Below are positions 11,073 to 19,780 of a stretch of 22,163 nucleotides of DNA, one piece after another. Every line of letters begins with the position of its first letter. Positions within the stretch are counted from its first letter, which is position 1. Made by a program: the position numbers and the translations under genes. Under the pieces are notes generated by a model. That model worked only from the letters and a program-made list of their open reading frames with translations, was not told the origin of the DNA and searched no databases. Source of the DNA: Ruditapes philippinarum (taxonomy: Eukaryota). The stretch spans positions 1 to 22,163 of the forward strand of contig NW_026851538.1 in the NCBI RefSeq assembly GCF_026571515.1. The letters are read 5' to 3'.

Positions 11073-11899
11073 GTAAACCTAAAGTCCCCCTGGTTAATCT
11101 AGTAGGGGACCAATAAAAGCTAGTTGGGAGCATAATAAAAGGAAATAATTGCCTCAAGCTAATCATTAAGTGTAGTACTATACAATTGTTTTTCTGTTAA
11201 GGATAATATCATCTTGTGTAACATGATACTTCCTGGTTTAAAAATTAAATAAATCTATCGCTACAAGTTTACACAGGTTAAATACATAGCAGTGGATAGA
11301 CGGGAAGTGACTTGTCAGATAAGAAACTAAAGACGGCAATATCTTTAATATTCTAGACAGCAGTATAAATACCTGGTGAGTCAATTTACTCAATATCTAT
11401 GTTTAAAAATTAAATAAAACTTATCAAGTATTTATATTACTTTAAATTGATTTAAGTTTGCCCTACAGTTTAAATAACCTTGAGAGAATTTTTTTATACC
11501 CCACCCACACTTCAAACTAACTTTAAATGGTTAATATTTTATTTTGATTGGTTAATGTGACAACATGATCTGCATATTCTTAAAAAAGGAATAACCTGAA
11601 CACGTCAGTCACTAAACTATTACAAAAAGGTCATCGTAATCCTGTATTTCTCACCTGAGATATATTGCTAGGAAAGGTCACATTTTTTATTTTCCAAGAA
11701 TGACTTCCTATTTCATCTGCCTTTAATATTATTTACCCAAGCTGCATTATTCTTCAGATATTTGTAGATGTCTGCTATTAAATGCTTAATGACAAATATC
11801 TAAGCTATTGGCATTGTAGTTTTACAAAACAAGAGGGCCCTGTATCACTCACCTGAGAAACAGGTCAAAGTGGAGCCCGTTTTCACCGCAGAAGCACAA

Positions 11900-12440
11900 T
11901 TTGAAAACAAGGGACAGCTTAACCTTAACAATTTTGACCCTAAAGCAATTATTTAAACAAAGATGGCAGACATCCACTAGAAGATGTTTCATGCCAAATA
12001 TCTAATCTATAGTGCTTTTGGATTGTCATAAGAAGATTTCTTAAGTTTTTACTATATACATATAAGGAAAATCAGTGACCCCCTGGGGTGGACCAATTTT
12101 GACCCTAGGAATTTTATTTCAACAAACATGGTAGACATACACTAGAACATGTTTCATGACATTGTCCTCATGTGAGCTTAAAAAAAAGCAGATATTAAAT
12201 CTAAATCTTAAACTGATCACAAAGTTCAAATTTGTATGTGAAATAGTGCATGTGTAAAAACATTACTGGGAGAACAACAGTTCCAACAGATGTGTACAAT
12301 GACAACTTGGGGCGAGGCCAATTTTCACCCCAGGGCTTTTATTTGAACAAACATGGTAGACACCCATTAGAAGATGTTTCATGCTTAACATCTAAGCTCT
12401 AGCTATTTAAGTTTTTTAAAAGAATTTTTTTAAGTGTTTA
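11900..12440 (+). repeat. Second block of the 10021-11000 family. Units at about 11900-12170, then a duplicate of the header (12181-12290 ~ 10021-10150, roughly 80-85% identity by eye), then another unit (12290-12440).
   Basis: Direct alignment by eye of 10021-10330 against 12181-12440. Confidence 0.65.
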
Positions 12441-12461
12441 CTATTTTAAGTTTTTTCTTTT

Positions 12462-12477
12462 GGTTGCCATGGCAACC
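12462..12477. other. 16-bp perfect palindrome ggttgccatggcaacc, partly reiterated (catggcaaccatggcaacc), at the end of the 11900-12440 block.
   Basis: Direct reading. Confidence 0.6.
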
Positions 12478-12499
12478 ATGGCAACCAGAGTTCTGCAAG

Positions 12500-12800
12500 G
12501 AATTTAATTCTTTGAACAACTTTGGTAGATTTTGACCCCATGGGCATGATTTACTTCACTTTGTGTAATTCTACATACCAAATATCTAAGCTCTGGGCAT
12601 TGTAATTTCAGGGAAGAAGATTTTTTAAGACATTTTGACTGTACAAATCTATGTAAACTAAGTTAACCTTATTGCTTGGCCATTTTTTACTCCAGGGGTA
12701 TGACTTATACAACTAGTGTAGAGATCCATTGAGCCATTGCTTCCTGCCAAATATCTGAGCTCCTGGTAATCATATTGAAGACTCACAAAAAAGACATAAA
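12500..12800 (+). repeat. Two copies of a ~150-bp unit (..ttttgaccccatgggcatgatttacttcactttgtgtaattctacataccaaatatctaagctctgggcattgtaatttcag..). Related to the flanking families through the ttttgacccca / aatatctaagctct cores.
   Basis: Copies at about 12520-12660 and 12670-12790. Confidence 0.5.
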
Positions 12801-12869
12801 TGTATTTTCCTTTACAAGTCTACATAAAGTAAGTGACTCCAGGGAAGGAGGCAAGTTTGATCACAAATG

Positions 12870-14262
12870 AGTCAAAATGTGATCACCAGAGTGTTCACAA
12901 GGTTTTTCCATATTTGGGCGGCGTGACCTAGTTTTTGACCCCAGGTGACCCATATTTGTCCTTCACCTAGAAATTATCAAAACAAACTTTCAGAGCAATT
13001 TCAAGTACTTTTTATTAAAACAGTAGTCACTAGAGTGTTAACAAGATTTTATATTTTTAGCTCCTGTGACCTAGTTTTTTCATCCAAGATTACCCATGTT
13101 CGAACTCATTCGAGCAATAAAGCTAGACAAGCGTCCTAAAAATCCTGAAAAAGTTTAATGATGATTGAGGCAAAAATGTGACGTTAGAGTGTTAACGAAC
13201 AAATGTGGACGGACGACAGTCGACGGACGACTGACATTTAACAATCCTAAAACCTCACCCTGAGCAAACTGTAAAATCTAAGCTTTGAGCATTATAGGTT
13301 GAAACAAGATGAAATAAATGTGTTTTCCTAGGATATAAGTCTACATAAACAAAAGGGCCCTGATTATGAAGGCTCAATCCCATATTATTTGGGCTGACCT
13401 GTGTGACCTAGTTTTTGACCCCAGATGATCCATATATACAATGTACTTGACCTCAAAATTTCATTTAAACAACCTTTCTGAACAATTTTCCTGGATATTT
13501 GGATCAAAAAACAAAAGCTTCTATAGTGTGTTTACAAGGTTTTTCCATAATATTGCTGTGTTGCCTTGGTTTTTAACACTAGTTGACCAATATTTGAGAT
13601 TGACCTAGAAATCACCAATACAACCTGTCTGACTGATTCCTAGATATTTGAATCATAACAGTAGTATCTAGAGTGTAAACAAGGTTTTTCCAGATATTGG
13701 TCTGTGTGACCTACTTTCTGACAAAAAGTGACCCATATTTAAACTTGACCTAGAAATTATCATAACAACCTTTCTGACCAATTTCTAGGATATCTGGACT
13801 GGAACAGTAGCCCCTAGAGTGTTTACAAGGTTTTCCAATACTTATGCTGTGTGACCTAGTTTTTTGACCCAAGGTTGAACCCATGTTCTTACTTTGCCTA
13901 GAAATCACCATAACAACTTTATTGACCAATTTCCAGGATATTTGGTTCAAAACAATAGCCTCTAGACTAGCAAGGTTTTTTCATATCTGGGCAGTGTGAC
14001 CTAGTTTTTGACTATCGATGACCTATATTCCAATTGAGATGGAAATGATATAAACAACCTTTCTGACCAATTTCAAGGATATTTGGATCAACATTGTAGC
14101 CTCTAGAGTGTAAACAAGGTTTTTCCATATTTGGACAGTGTAACCTAGTTTTTGACCCAAGGTAACCCATATTCAAACTTGACCTTGAAATTATCATACC
14201 ATCCTTCCTGACCATTTTCCATGACATTCTATGATAGCCCCTAGACAAGTGTGTACAAAGTT
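12870..14262 (+). repeat. Tandem array of about 9 copies of a ~148-bp unit (..agagtgtttacaaggtttttccatatttgg.c.gtgtgacctagtttttgaccccaggtgacccatatttg..cttgacctagaaattatcataacaacctttctgaccaatttc.aggatatttggatcaaaacagtagcc.ctagagtg..). Interrupted at 13140-13380.
   Basis: gtgacctagttttt anchors at about 12924, 13067, 13401, 13560, 13706, 13852, 14000 and 14143. The small minus-strand ORFs 13750-13950 and 14012-14248 are periodic repeat artefacts. Confidence 0.8.
13205..13245 (+). repeat. Degenerate (GGAC)-type microsatellite relic inside the array: gaacaaatgtggacggacgacagtcgacggacgactgac. Resembles 4050-4110.
   Basis: Direct comparison with ggacaaaaatgtcggatggaaggacggacgg at 4055-4085. Confidence 0.45.
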
Positions 14263-14346
14263 TTATGTTGATATCTCTTATTGTTTCAGAGTAATGTCCC
14301 GGACAAAGTTCAAAGTGTAAAAAGGGAACCTTTGTTGCAATATACC

Positions 14347-14548
14347 TGTTAAGTTAAATCCAACACCTTATTAATGCTAACGCCAACACTAAATAAATAT
14401 ATTTCACTTTAATGTATGGTCATAATCAACAAAGTAACTTCATTATTCCAATCCTAACGTTGCTAAGCCAGTTGATGACGTCGTGACGTTATGACGTCAT
14501 AATGACGTTATATAAAGTTTACTAAACAAAAATAAGATGAAATTAACA
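14347..14548 (-). repeat. 3' LTR of the copia element (202 bp). Contains a TGACGT(C/T)(A/G) cluster (tgatgacgtcgtgacgttatgacgtcataatgacgtta; four CRE-like half or full sites, one exact TGACGTCA) and a palindromic TATA element (tatataaag).
   Basis: Direct reading. Confidence 0.75.
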
Positions 14549-14556
14549 TTAATTAT

Positions 14557-14580
14557 ACTTTCTTTCTTTTCTTCTTTTCT
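14557..14580 (-). promoter_or_regulatory. Polypurine tract (minus strand reads agaaaagaagaaaagaaagaaagt), 8 nt upstream of the 3' LTR.
   Basis: Plus strand 14557-14580 is actttctttcttttcttcttttct. Confidence 0.6.
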
Positions 14581-14664
14581 GTGATGTTTTGAGTCATTAA
14601 AAAAACTGATGTTTTGAGTCATTAAAAAAAATGTAAGATATAAAAATGTTAAAATTCTACAAGT

Positions 14665-14973
14665 CTATATAAAATCTTTTGAAATTGTTCCTTCTTGTAT
14701 TACACACAGCAGATCATATCCGGATGCCCCACGCTTAGTCATACAGTCAGCCAAATGATGTTTCCCTGGGCACCATCGAATTTCTTTGACTTCATTTCTG
14801 GACAAGGATTCGCTGATTGCAGCTATATCTACACGAAGACGCTTGTCATCTACTAGCTTGGTTGAATTCACAGCTTCTATTACACTTCTATTGTCCACAT
14901 AAGCAATTATTGGTATTGTGTGATTGGGTATCCTTAGAGCGTTTTCGATCATTTTGTCTGTAATAATATCCAC
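14665..14973 (-). CDS. Copia RNase H C-terminal segment (102 aa; YVDNRSVIEAV .. VDIAAISE .. HHLADCMTK). Overlaps the RT ORF in a different frame, which is the second frameshift.
   Basis: ORF track, plus the copia-typical C-terminal AD..TK motif. Confidence 0.6.
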   Translation of the reverse strand: MDIITDKMIENALRIPNHTIPIIAYVDNRSVIEAVNSTKLVDDKRLRVDIAAISESLSRNEVKEIRWCPGKHHLADCMTKRGASGYDLLCVIQEGTISKDFI

Positions 14974-15964
14974 ATTCTAATCCTTCTTGTAAACTGAGAG
15001 CTTCAGCAGCAATTGTTGATCGTACTACCCTTTTTATTTTGTTGGTATGCCAGAAAAGTGGACAACATTTTCCAGAAGTGTCCATTAACCATACTATATA
15101 AGCCGCAGTGCTCCCTGTTCCAGAATTTATGTTGCACAAAGATGCATCTGTGAAGACTGCAATCTTCCAATCACCTACAAAGTTGCTCAATTGTGGGAAT
15201 CTTATAAAAGACTTGAAGTTTTTCAATCTGTTCACTGCTTTGATCGCCTGAGATAGATCACTCATTGTAGCTTCCTTGAGTTTAGTGCTCAAGTCTATCA
15301 ACTCAAATGCCATATCGGGCCTTGTTCCTTGCACTACCCAGTTAATCTGACCAATGATTTTCCTGAAAAGAGTCTGTTCTTCAGATGTTAATACTTCCTG
15401 TTTATTCTGGACTCTCTTTGTGTCAATCTGTCTGCTCTCTATGTTTTCCACATATCTAGATTGGTCCAGAATAATTGCATTGCTCTCCTGAGAAATCCTG
15501 AAACCAATATAATCAAACTGTCCTTTTTCAATTTTTCCTGCAACAAATCGTTTTCGTAATTTAGTCAGGACCTTCTCCAAACATTCATCACCAGCATGAA
15601 GAAAATCATCAACATGACAACAAATAATGCCGTTAAGCTTGTCTCCAGTGTGCAGAAAGAACATTGCTGGATCCATCTCTGATATATGACACCCTAATCT
15701 AATTAACTCGTCTTTCACACTTAGATAGAATTGTCTTGCTCCGTCTTTGAGGCCATAAAGTCCATGTTTAAGTTTCCAAATTATTCCAGCGATAGTGTCA
15801 CTTTCCTTTGGAGGTTTAATGTAGACTTCCCTCCGAATTTCTTTTCCCTGTAGAAACGCCGACTTTATATCTGTGGTTTTTACAATCCAATTATTTACAG
15901 CTGCAAGTGCAAGAAATGTTCTAAGTGTTCCTTTTCCCACTGTTGGACTGTCACTTTGCATCAC
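14888..15964 (-). CDS. Copia reverse transcriptase and the N-terminal part of RNase H (358 aa). Motifs: DIKSAFLQG, YGLKDGARQFY, CCHVDDFLHAGDE (YXDD box), QGTRPDMAF, IAVFTDAS. Different frame from both neighbouring pol ORFs.
   Basis: Motifs in the ORF track. 15964 and 18272 are in different frames. Confidence 0.8.
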   Translation of the reverse strand: MMQSDSPTVGKGTLRTFLALAAVNNWIVKTTDIKSAFLQGKEIRREVYIKPPKESDTIAGIIWKLKHGLYGLKDGARQFYLSVKDELIRLGCHISEMDPAMFFLHTGDKLNGIICCHVDDFLHAGDECLEKVLTKLRKRFVAGKIEKGQFDYIGFRISQESNAIILDQSRYVENIESRQIDTKRVQNKQEVLTSEEQTLFRKIIGQINWVVQGTRPDMAFELIDLSTKLKEATMSDLSQAIKAVNRLKNFKSFIRFPQLSNFVGDWKIAVFTDASLCNINSGTGSTAAYIVWLMDTSGKCCPLFWHTNKIKRVVRSTIAAEALSLQEGLECGYYYRQNDRKRSKDTQSHNTNNCLCGQ

Positions 15965-15974
15965 ATATTCTTCC

Positions 15975-18272
15975 TCAAATCCGCGTACAACAAGTCGAGC
16001 CTTTGTTTGACCATTTTTTGTGAGTTATCACCCATCTTGTTGATAAAGTTACCTGACCATAATCTTGAACTTCTTCATATGTGCCAAAGTGTTGCAGCTT
16101 CTGAAGTTCACAAATTTTAGCAGATGTGACTTCATCATCAGCACAAGTCTGTTTCATTACCAAATTAACCTCATTTGTTAACATTTTCCATTGAACTGCC
16201 TCCAGATTAATACTCTTCTTCTCTTTGCTGATATCTTCCTCTATATTATACCAAAACTTGTTTCTGCCTGTTGCTTTTCCAGCCCTTCCTAGTATTTTTG
16301 CTTGTATCCACTGATCTGTATCCTGTGCTCTATATTGTATGTTGTCATTTGCCTTCAATGTCCTTTCTTCAGGTGGAATATTTTGAATGTTGTTTTCCAA
16401 ACTAGCTGATGATCTATCTGACATGTTTGACTGCAAGTTCTTAAATGGATCTGAGGATGGTATGTCCTCGTTTATGGTCTGCATACTTGTCTGATCTGAG
16501 GTTTGCTGGTCAGCTAATGTGCCCTCATTAGCATTGCTTCTTTCTTCTTCCAGACTTTCATAACTGTTTGCCTCACGATTATCAGAACTCATATAATCAT
16601 TTACCCTCTGCAGCCTATTAGGCGATACTCGCACAAACACTGCTCCATGTCTAACAAACACCACTTTTCCATCTTGAAATACCACCTTTCCAGGTCCAAG
16701 CCAACGCTCTTTTCCCTCTCGCTTGTAGAAAACATTATCACCATGTTCAAAAACTTGTTCAGAAGCCCTTACTTTATTACGTAGAGCTCTCCTTATTCTT
16801 TCGTCAGCTTCCGACTGAATGAATGCTCTCCGAGCAGCATGCAAAACATTCAAATGCCTTGCAAATTCCTCACTGCTGGTGGTCCCTTGTAATGCAGGCA
16901 AGTTTTCACTCATAATATTGGGAATATTGGGGTTCTGCCCAAAAACAAGCTGATGACTGCTAAAACCATTCCACATCTGTAAAGAATTTCTTGCCATATT
17001 CGCCCATGATAGTAACGTCTGCAAGTCTACTTTCCCACAATCTGCCTGTAACTTAATCAGCATCATATCTGTTATAGCATGCACTCTCTCACATAAACCA
17101 TTCTGAAATGGACTTTGACCAGATGTTGTGCATAATTTAATGTTCAGTATTGACGTGATCTCTCTTACTTCATCTGAATTGAATTCACCACCGTTGTCAG
17201 TCATTAATGAGCCCATCATGCCAAACTTACCTACCCATTCCCTCATCAGTGCATCTATAATCTTTTCTGGCTTCTTTCTGTTGATAAACGTTGACACCGT
17301 ATATCTGGACCACATGTCTATAATGTGTAAAATCCAGCAGCCGTTCCATTGCTTAAGATCCATCGCAACTTTTTCATTGAACTTGGAAGCCATAGGCATA
17401 CCTACGACAGGCCTTGATGGAGTTTTTGCATACATCTTGCAAAGTTCACAATTGTTAGTAATGAGATCAAGAGTTTCCTCAAATTCTTCTCTCCAGATAA
17501 CTGCATCTTTCATAAGTGCTGACAGCCGTTTCTTAGGTGGGTGTGCAAATTGCCTGTGCAATTTCACAAATGTTTTGTATCTCTCATTTTTGCTTAAATC
17601 ATCAAAGTTTACAGCACAAACACTTTCTACAGGTACCTCTACCGTCTTATCTATCGGAATACAGTAATGACCTGATGTTGTCAAATTTAAAGCCACCTCT
17701 TTTCCCATAATGCTAGCTGTGTCGTTTTCTAGATCCATTTTTATAGCAGCCCTCTTCATTGCTGTCCGAGACAATAACAGGGGAATGTCCGACTCCACAA
17801 CATCTGTTTTGATGAAAACATCTTTGCCAGCAATCACTGCAGGTATACAGTATTCTCCTTTTGATGTTAGGCATGTCCCACCACCAAACTTGAAAACTCT
17901 CTGACTATCTAACTGTGTTACTCTCTGTTTATCTCCTACATCTAATGACTGTATATAGTTATTTATCCAGTTTTTACCACACACTGTACTGCTGCAAGCA
18001 CTATCAAGAACAGCACAATTTCGAGCATCTACACCCAAACGCTGAATCTCATCCTTATTGTAACCTGTAAACAATACTGCATGTTCCTCTTCAACAGCAT
18101 TCACTTTCTTCATGTTTTCCCAGCTATGGGGGCATGCCTGTAGCAGATGCCTATATGAACCACAAGACTTGCAGGTAAGCGTTCTTCCATCTGGACCAAT
18201 AGGATTGATGTTCTTTGCAAGACCTTTTCTGTGACTGTCTTGAGCAATGTCTGAACGCTGAAACTCTTTCAT
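15975..18272 (-). CDS. Copia gag(C-term)-protease-integrase ORF (765 aa). CCHC zinc knuckle CKSCGSYRHLLQAC. Aspartic protease VLDSACSST. Integrase HHCC (HRQFAH..CELC) and DDE core (HIIDMWSRY .. TDNGGEF .. CERVH). An acidic/Ser-rich linker, then the start of RT (TLSTRWVITHKK). Frameshifted relative to the downstream RT ORF.
   Basis: Motifs read from the supplied translation. Domain order PR before IN before RT is diagnostic of Ty1/copia. Confidence 0.8.
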   Translation of the reverse strand: MKEFQRSDIAQDSHRKGLAKNINPIGPDGRTLTCKSCGSYRHLLQACPHSWENMKKVNAVEEEHAVLFTGYNKDEIQRLGVDARNCAVLDSACSSTVCGKNWINNYIQSLDVGDKQRVTQLDSQRVFKFGGGTCLTSKGEYCIPAVIAGKDVFIKTDVVESDIPLLLSRTAMKRAAIKMDLENDTASIMGKEVALNLTTSGHYCIPIDKTVEVPVESVCAVNFDDLSKNERYKTFVKLHRQFAHPPKKRLSALMKDAVIWREEFEETLDLITNNCELCKMYAKTPSRPVVGMPMASKFNEKVAMDLKQWNGCWILHIIDMWSRYTVSTFINRKKPEKIIDALMREWVGKFGMMGSLMTDNGGEFNSDEVREITSILNIKLCTTSGQSPFQNGLCERVHAITDMMLIKLQADCGKVDLQTLLSWANMARNSLQMWNGFSSHQLVFGQNPNIPNIMSENLPALQGTTSSEEFARHLNVLHAARRAFIQSEADERIRRALRNKVRASEQVFEHGDNVFYKREGKERWLGPGKVVFQDGKVVFVRHGAVFVRVSPNRLQRVNDYMSSDNREANSYESLEEERSNANEGTLADQQTSDQTSMQTINEDIPSSDPFKNLQSNMSDRSSASLENNIQNIPPEERTLKANDNIQYRAQDTDQWIQAKILGRAGKATGRNKFWYNIEEDISKEKKSINLEAVQWKMLTNEVNLVMKQTCADDEVTSAKICELQKLQHFGTYEEVQDYGQVTLSTRWVITHKKWSNKGSTCCTRI

Positions 18273-18283
18273 GCCTGATTTTC

Positions 18284-18523
18284 CTAATTTCCCCTTTTCC
18301 AGTTTCCTCTGCTGCCTCCATTATAATTCCCTTGTTGAATTCTTAATTTGGAGTAACCTGCAGCAAGTAGCGCCTCTTCATTTGCTGCAAGAAAAGCAGG
18401 TTCTAGTTTGATACTTGAGCTGCCACTTGACATATTCATGTCATTACCCTTAAACTTTTTCAGTGACTTCTTAGCCTGTTCGTACAATGTAGCTTTTTCA
18501 TCATAATTCACCACCAGTCCCAA
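18284..18523 (-). CDS. Short gag-like ORF fragment (79 aa) upstream of the main gag-pol ORF. The N-terminal part of gag is presumably lost in the stuttered block 18530-19105.
   Basis: ORF track; its position relative to the zinc-knuckle ORF. No recognisable motif of its own. Confidence 0.35.
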   Translation of the reverse strand: MGLVVNYDEKATLYEQAKKSLKKFKGNDMNMSSGSSSIKLEPAFLAANEEALLAAGYSKLRIQQGNYNGGSRGNWKRGN

Positions 18524-18529
18524 AGACTA

Positions 18530-19105
18530 GCACCGCCCTCCCCTTGGAAATGTTCCGCCCTCAGAAAGTAGTTTTAAAAGCCAAAAAATTCAGCAGGCAA
18601 ATGTCCCTACTTTTCCCTTTTAATTTCCCTATCTTTTAATCAAAACGTACCATATTTATTTAAAAATTTGGGTTGGAGAAACTTAATAAAATCCTTTCCA
18701 AAAAAACCTAATTTTTTTAAATGTCCCGTTAAAAACCAAACCCCTTTTTGGAAAATGTGGTCCCCGAAATAAAGAAAGTCCCAAACCAAACATCATTTTT
18801 AAATCCCCGTTTGTATTGGTTTTAAAAAATTTCAGTATTTTAGATTCATCATCCCCTTGGGGAATGATAAAGCCCAAAATTAAAACCCCCTTTGTCTTTT
18901 TTAAAATTCTGGAATTTTCCCCCCATGCCAAAAAATTTCCCGTTTTTAAAAACCTTAAAACTTCCCTTCCCCTTTTTTTAGTTTTGGAGGATTTATCCCC
19001 GGTGCCCCTATTAAACCCCTTTAAATGTTAAAAAATACCCAAAATGTTAGAAAATAACAAATGTCTAACTTTTGTAAAAAAACCTGGAATAGTTTCCCCT
19101 CCCCT
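18530..19105. other. Homopolymer-stuttered block inside the copia element, between the 5' LTR and the recognisable gag (e.g. tccccgaaataaagaaagtcccaaaccaaac, ccccttttttt, ttttttt). It should contain the PBS and the gag N-terminus but is unreadable as such.
   Basis: Direct reading. Same doubled-base texture as 1-340 and 8180-9180. Confidence 0.4.
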
Positions 19106-19289
19106 TGTTAATTTAAATAACATATTAATCTAGAACACCTAAAAAATATTTTTCATTAATGAGGTATAATAAAAGTAACTTCATTATTCCAATCCTAACG
19201 TTGCTAAGCCAGTTGATGACGTCGTGACGTTATGACGTCATAATGACGTTATATAAAGTTTACTAAATAAAAATAAGATGAAATTAACA
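19106..19289 (-). repeat. 5' LTR of the copia element (184 bp). The right 118 bp is near-identical to the 3' LTR. The left part is diverged or stuttered (ccttgttaatttaaataacatattaatctagaacacctaaaaaatatttttcattaatgaggtataat vs cctgttaagttaaatccaacaccttattaatgctaacgccaacactaaataaatatatttcactttaatgtatggtcataat).
   Basis: Direct alignment by eye. Confidence 0.7.
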
Positions 19290-19750
19290 ATACCCCCATC
19301 ACAGAAGTTTTTGACAGAGATGTGGGCATTATAAATAAGCATATAGGAAATATGCATTGGGCATCTGGAAAATATCTGGATATTTTATCATCTCTAGTGA
19401 TTTTTTATCTGATTTTTCACCCCTATGTGTGACCTTGACCTTAGCCGCAGGGACCTAAATTTTGTGCGCGACACTCCGCTTTACAATGGTGAACATTTGT
19501 GCCCGGTTATATTGAAATCCCTCTATGCATGTAAATTTTTGCTCCGGACAAGCCGTTTTAACAATGATCCTAAAAAACACTTGAAAACTTCAAAGCATGC
19601 TTCAAACAACGACTAAAATCTAAAAGATAATTTGGTTTTCCTAATTGAATTAAGGGTGTCATAAAATAAAGGAAAGAGGCACTGATGGCAATTACGTATT
19701 AGCATTAAAATCTTAATGAGTAAAATACATAATAACCAGTATTGAACATT

Positions 19751-19773
19751 TATAAATAACTTTCTATTCTAGG
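19751..19773 (+). promoter_or_regulatory. tataaata (19751-19758) and, overlapping, a splice-acceptor-like tract tttctattctag|g (19761-19773) 8 bp before the ATG. It is either a very close TATA box or, more plausibly, the 3' splice site of an upstream non-coding 5' exon.
   Basis: Direct reading. TATA to ATG is only 23 bp, which argues against a simple TATA-driven leader. Confidence 0.3.
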
Positions 19774-19780
19774 TTACATT

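Larger units (their letters stand above)
14347..19289 (-). mobile_element. Complete Ty1/copia-type LTR retrotransposon (4943 bp). Structure: 5' LTR - [stuttered leader and gag N-terminus] - gag(CCHC)-PR-IN - RT - RNase H - PPT - 3' LTR. Flanked by a 5-bp target-site duplication ATACC (14342-14346 and 19290-19294).
   Basis: Direct repeats at 14347-14548 and 19106-19289. Both start tgtta and end ttaaca (TG..CA). The 3' 118 bp (14431-14548 vs 19172-19289) differ at one position. Identical pentamer atacc lies immediately outside both LTRs. Minus-strand ORFs carry copia-order domains. A polypurine tract sits adjacent to the 3' LTR. Confidence 0.85.

Noticed and set aside
13750-14248. Two minus-strand ORFs of 66 and 78 aa with similar sequences.
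   Set aside because: They are translations of consecutive 148-bp satellite monomers. Their similarity merely reflects the repeat.
3290-14262. Possibility that the regular repeats are a CRISPR array.
   Set aside because: Units are 145-185 bp, directly abutting, with no unique spacers. The sequence context is eukaryotic (LTR retrotransposon, AT-rich satellite, intron-style signals).
17128-17904. Plus-strand ORFs of 179 and 64 aa.
   Set aside because: They lie antisense inside the copia integrase and protease coding region. They are shadow ORFs of the minus-strand pol.
19425-19616. 63-aa plus-strand ORF upstream of the B-box/NHL gene.
   Set aside because: It lies in a satellite-relic segment (tgtgtgaccttgacc, gctccggacaag). 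It has no motif support and is probably non-coding 5' flank.
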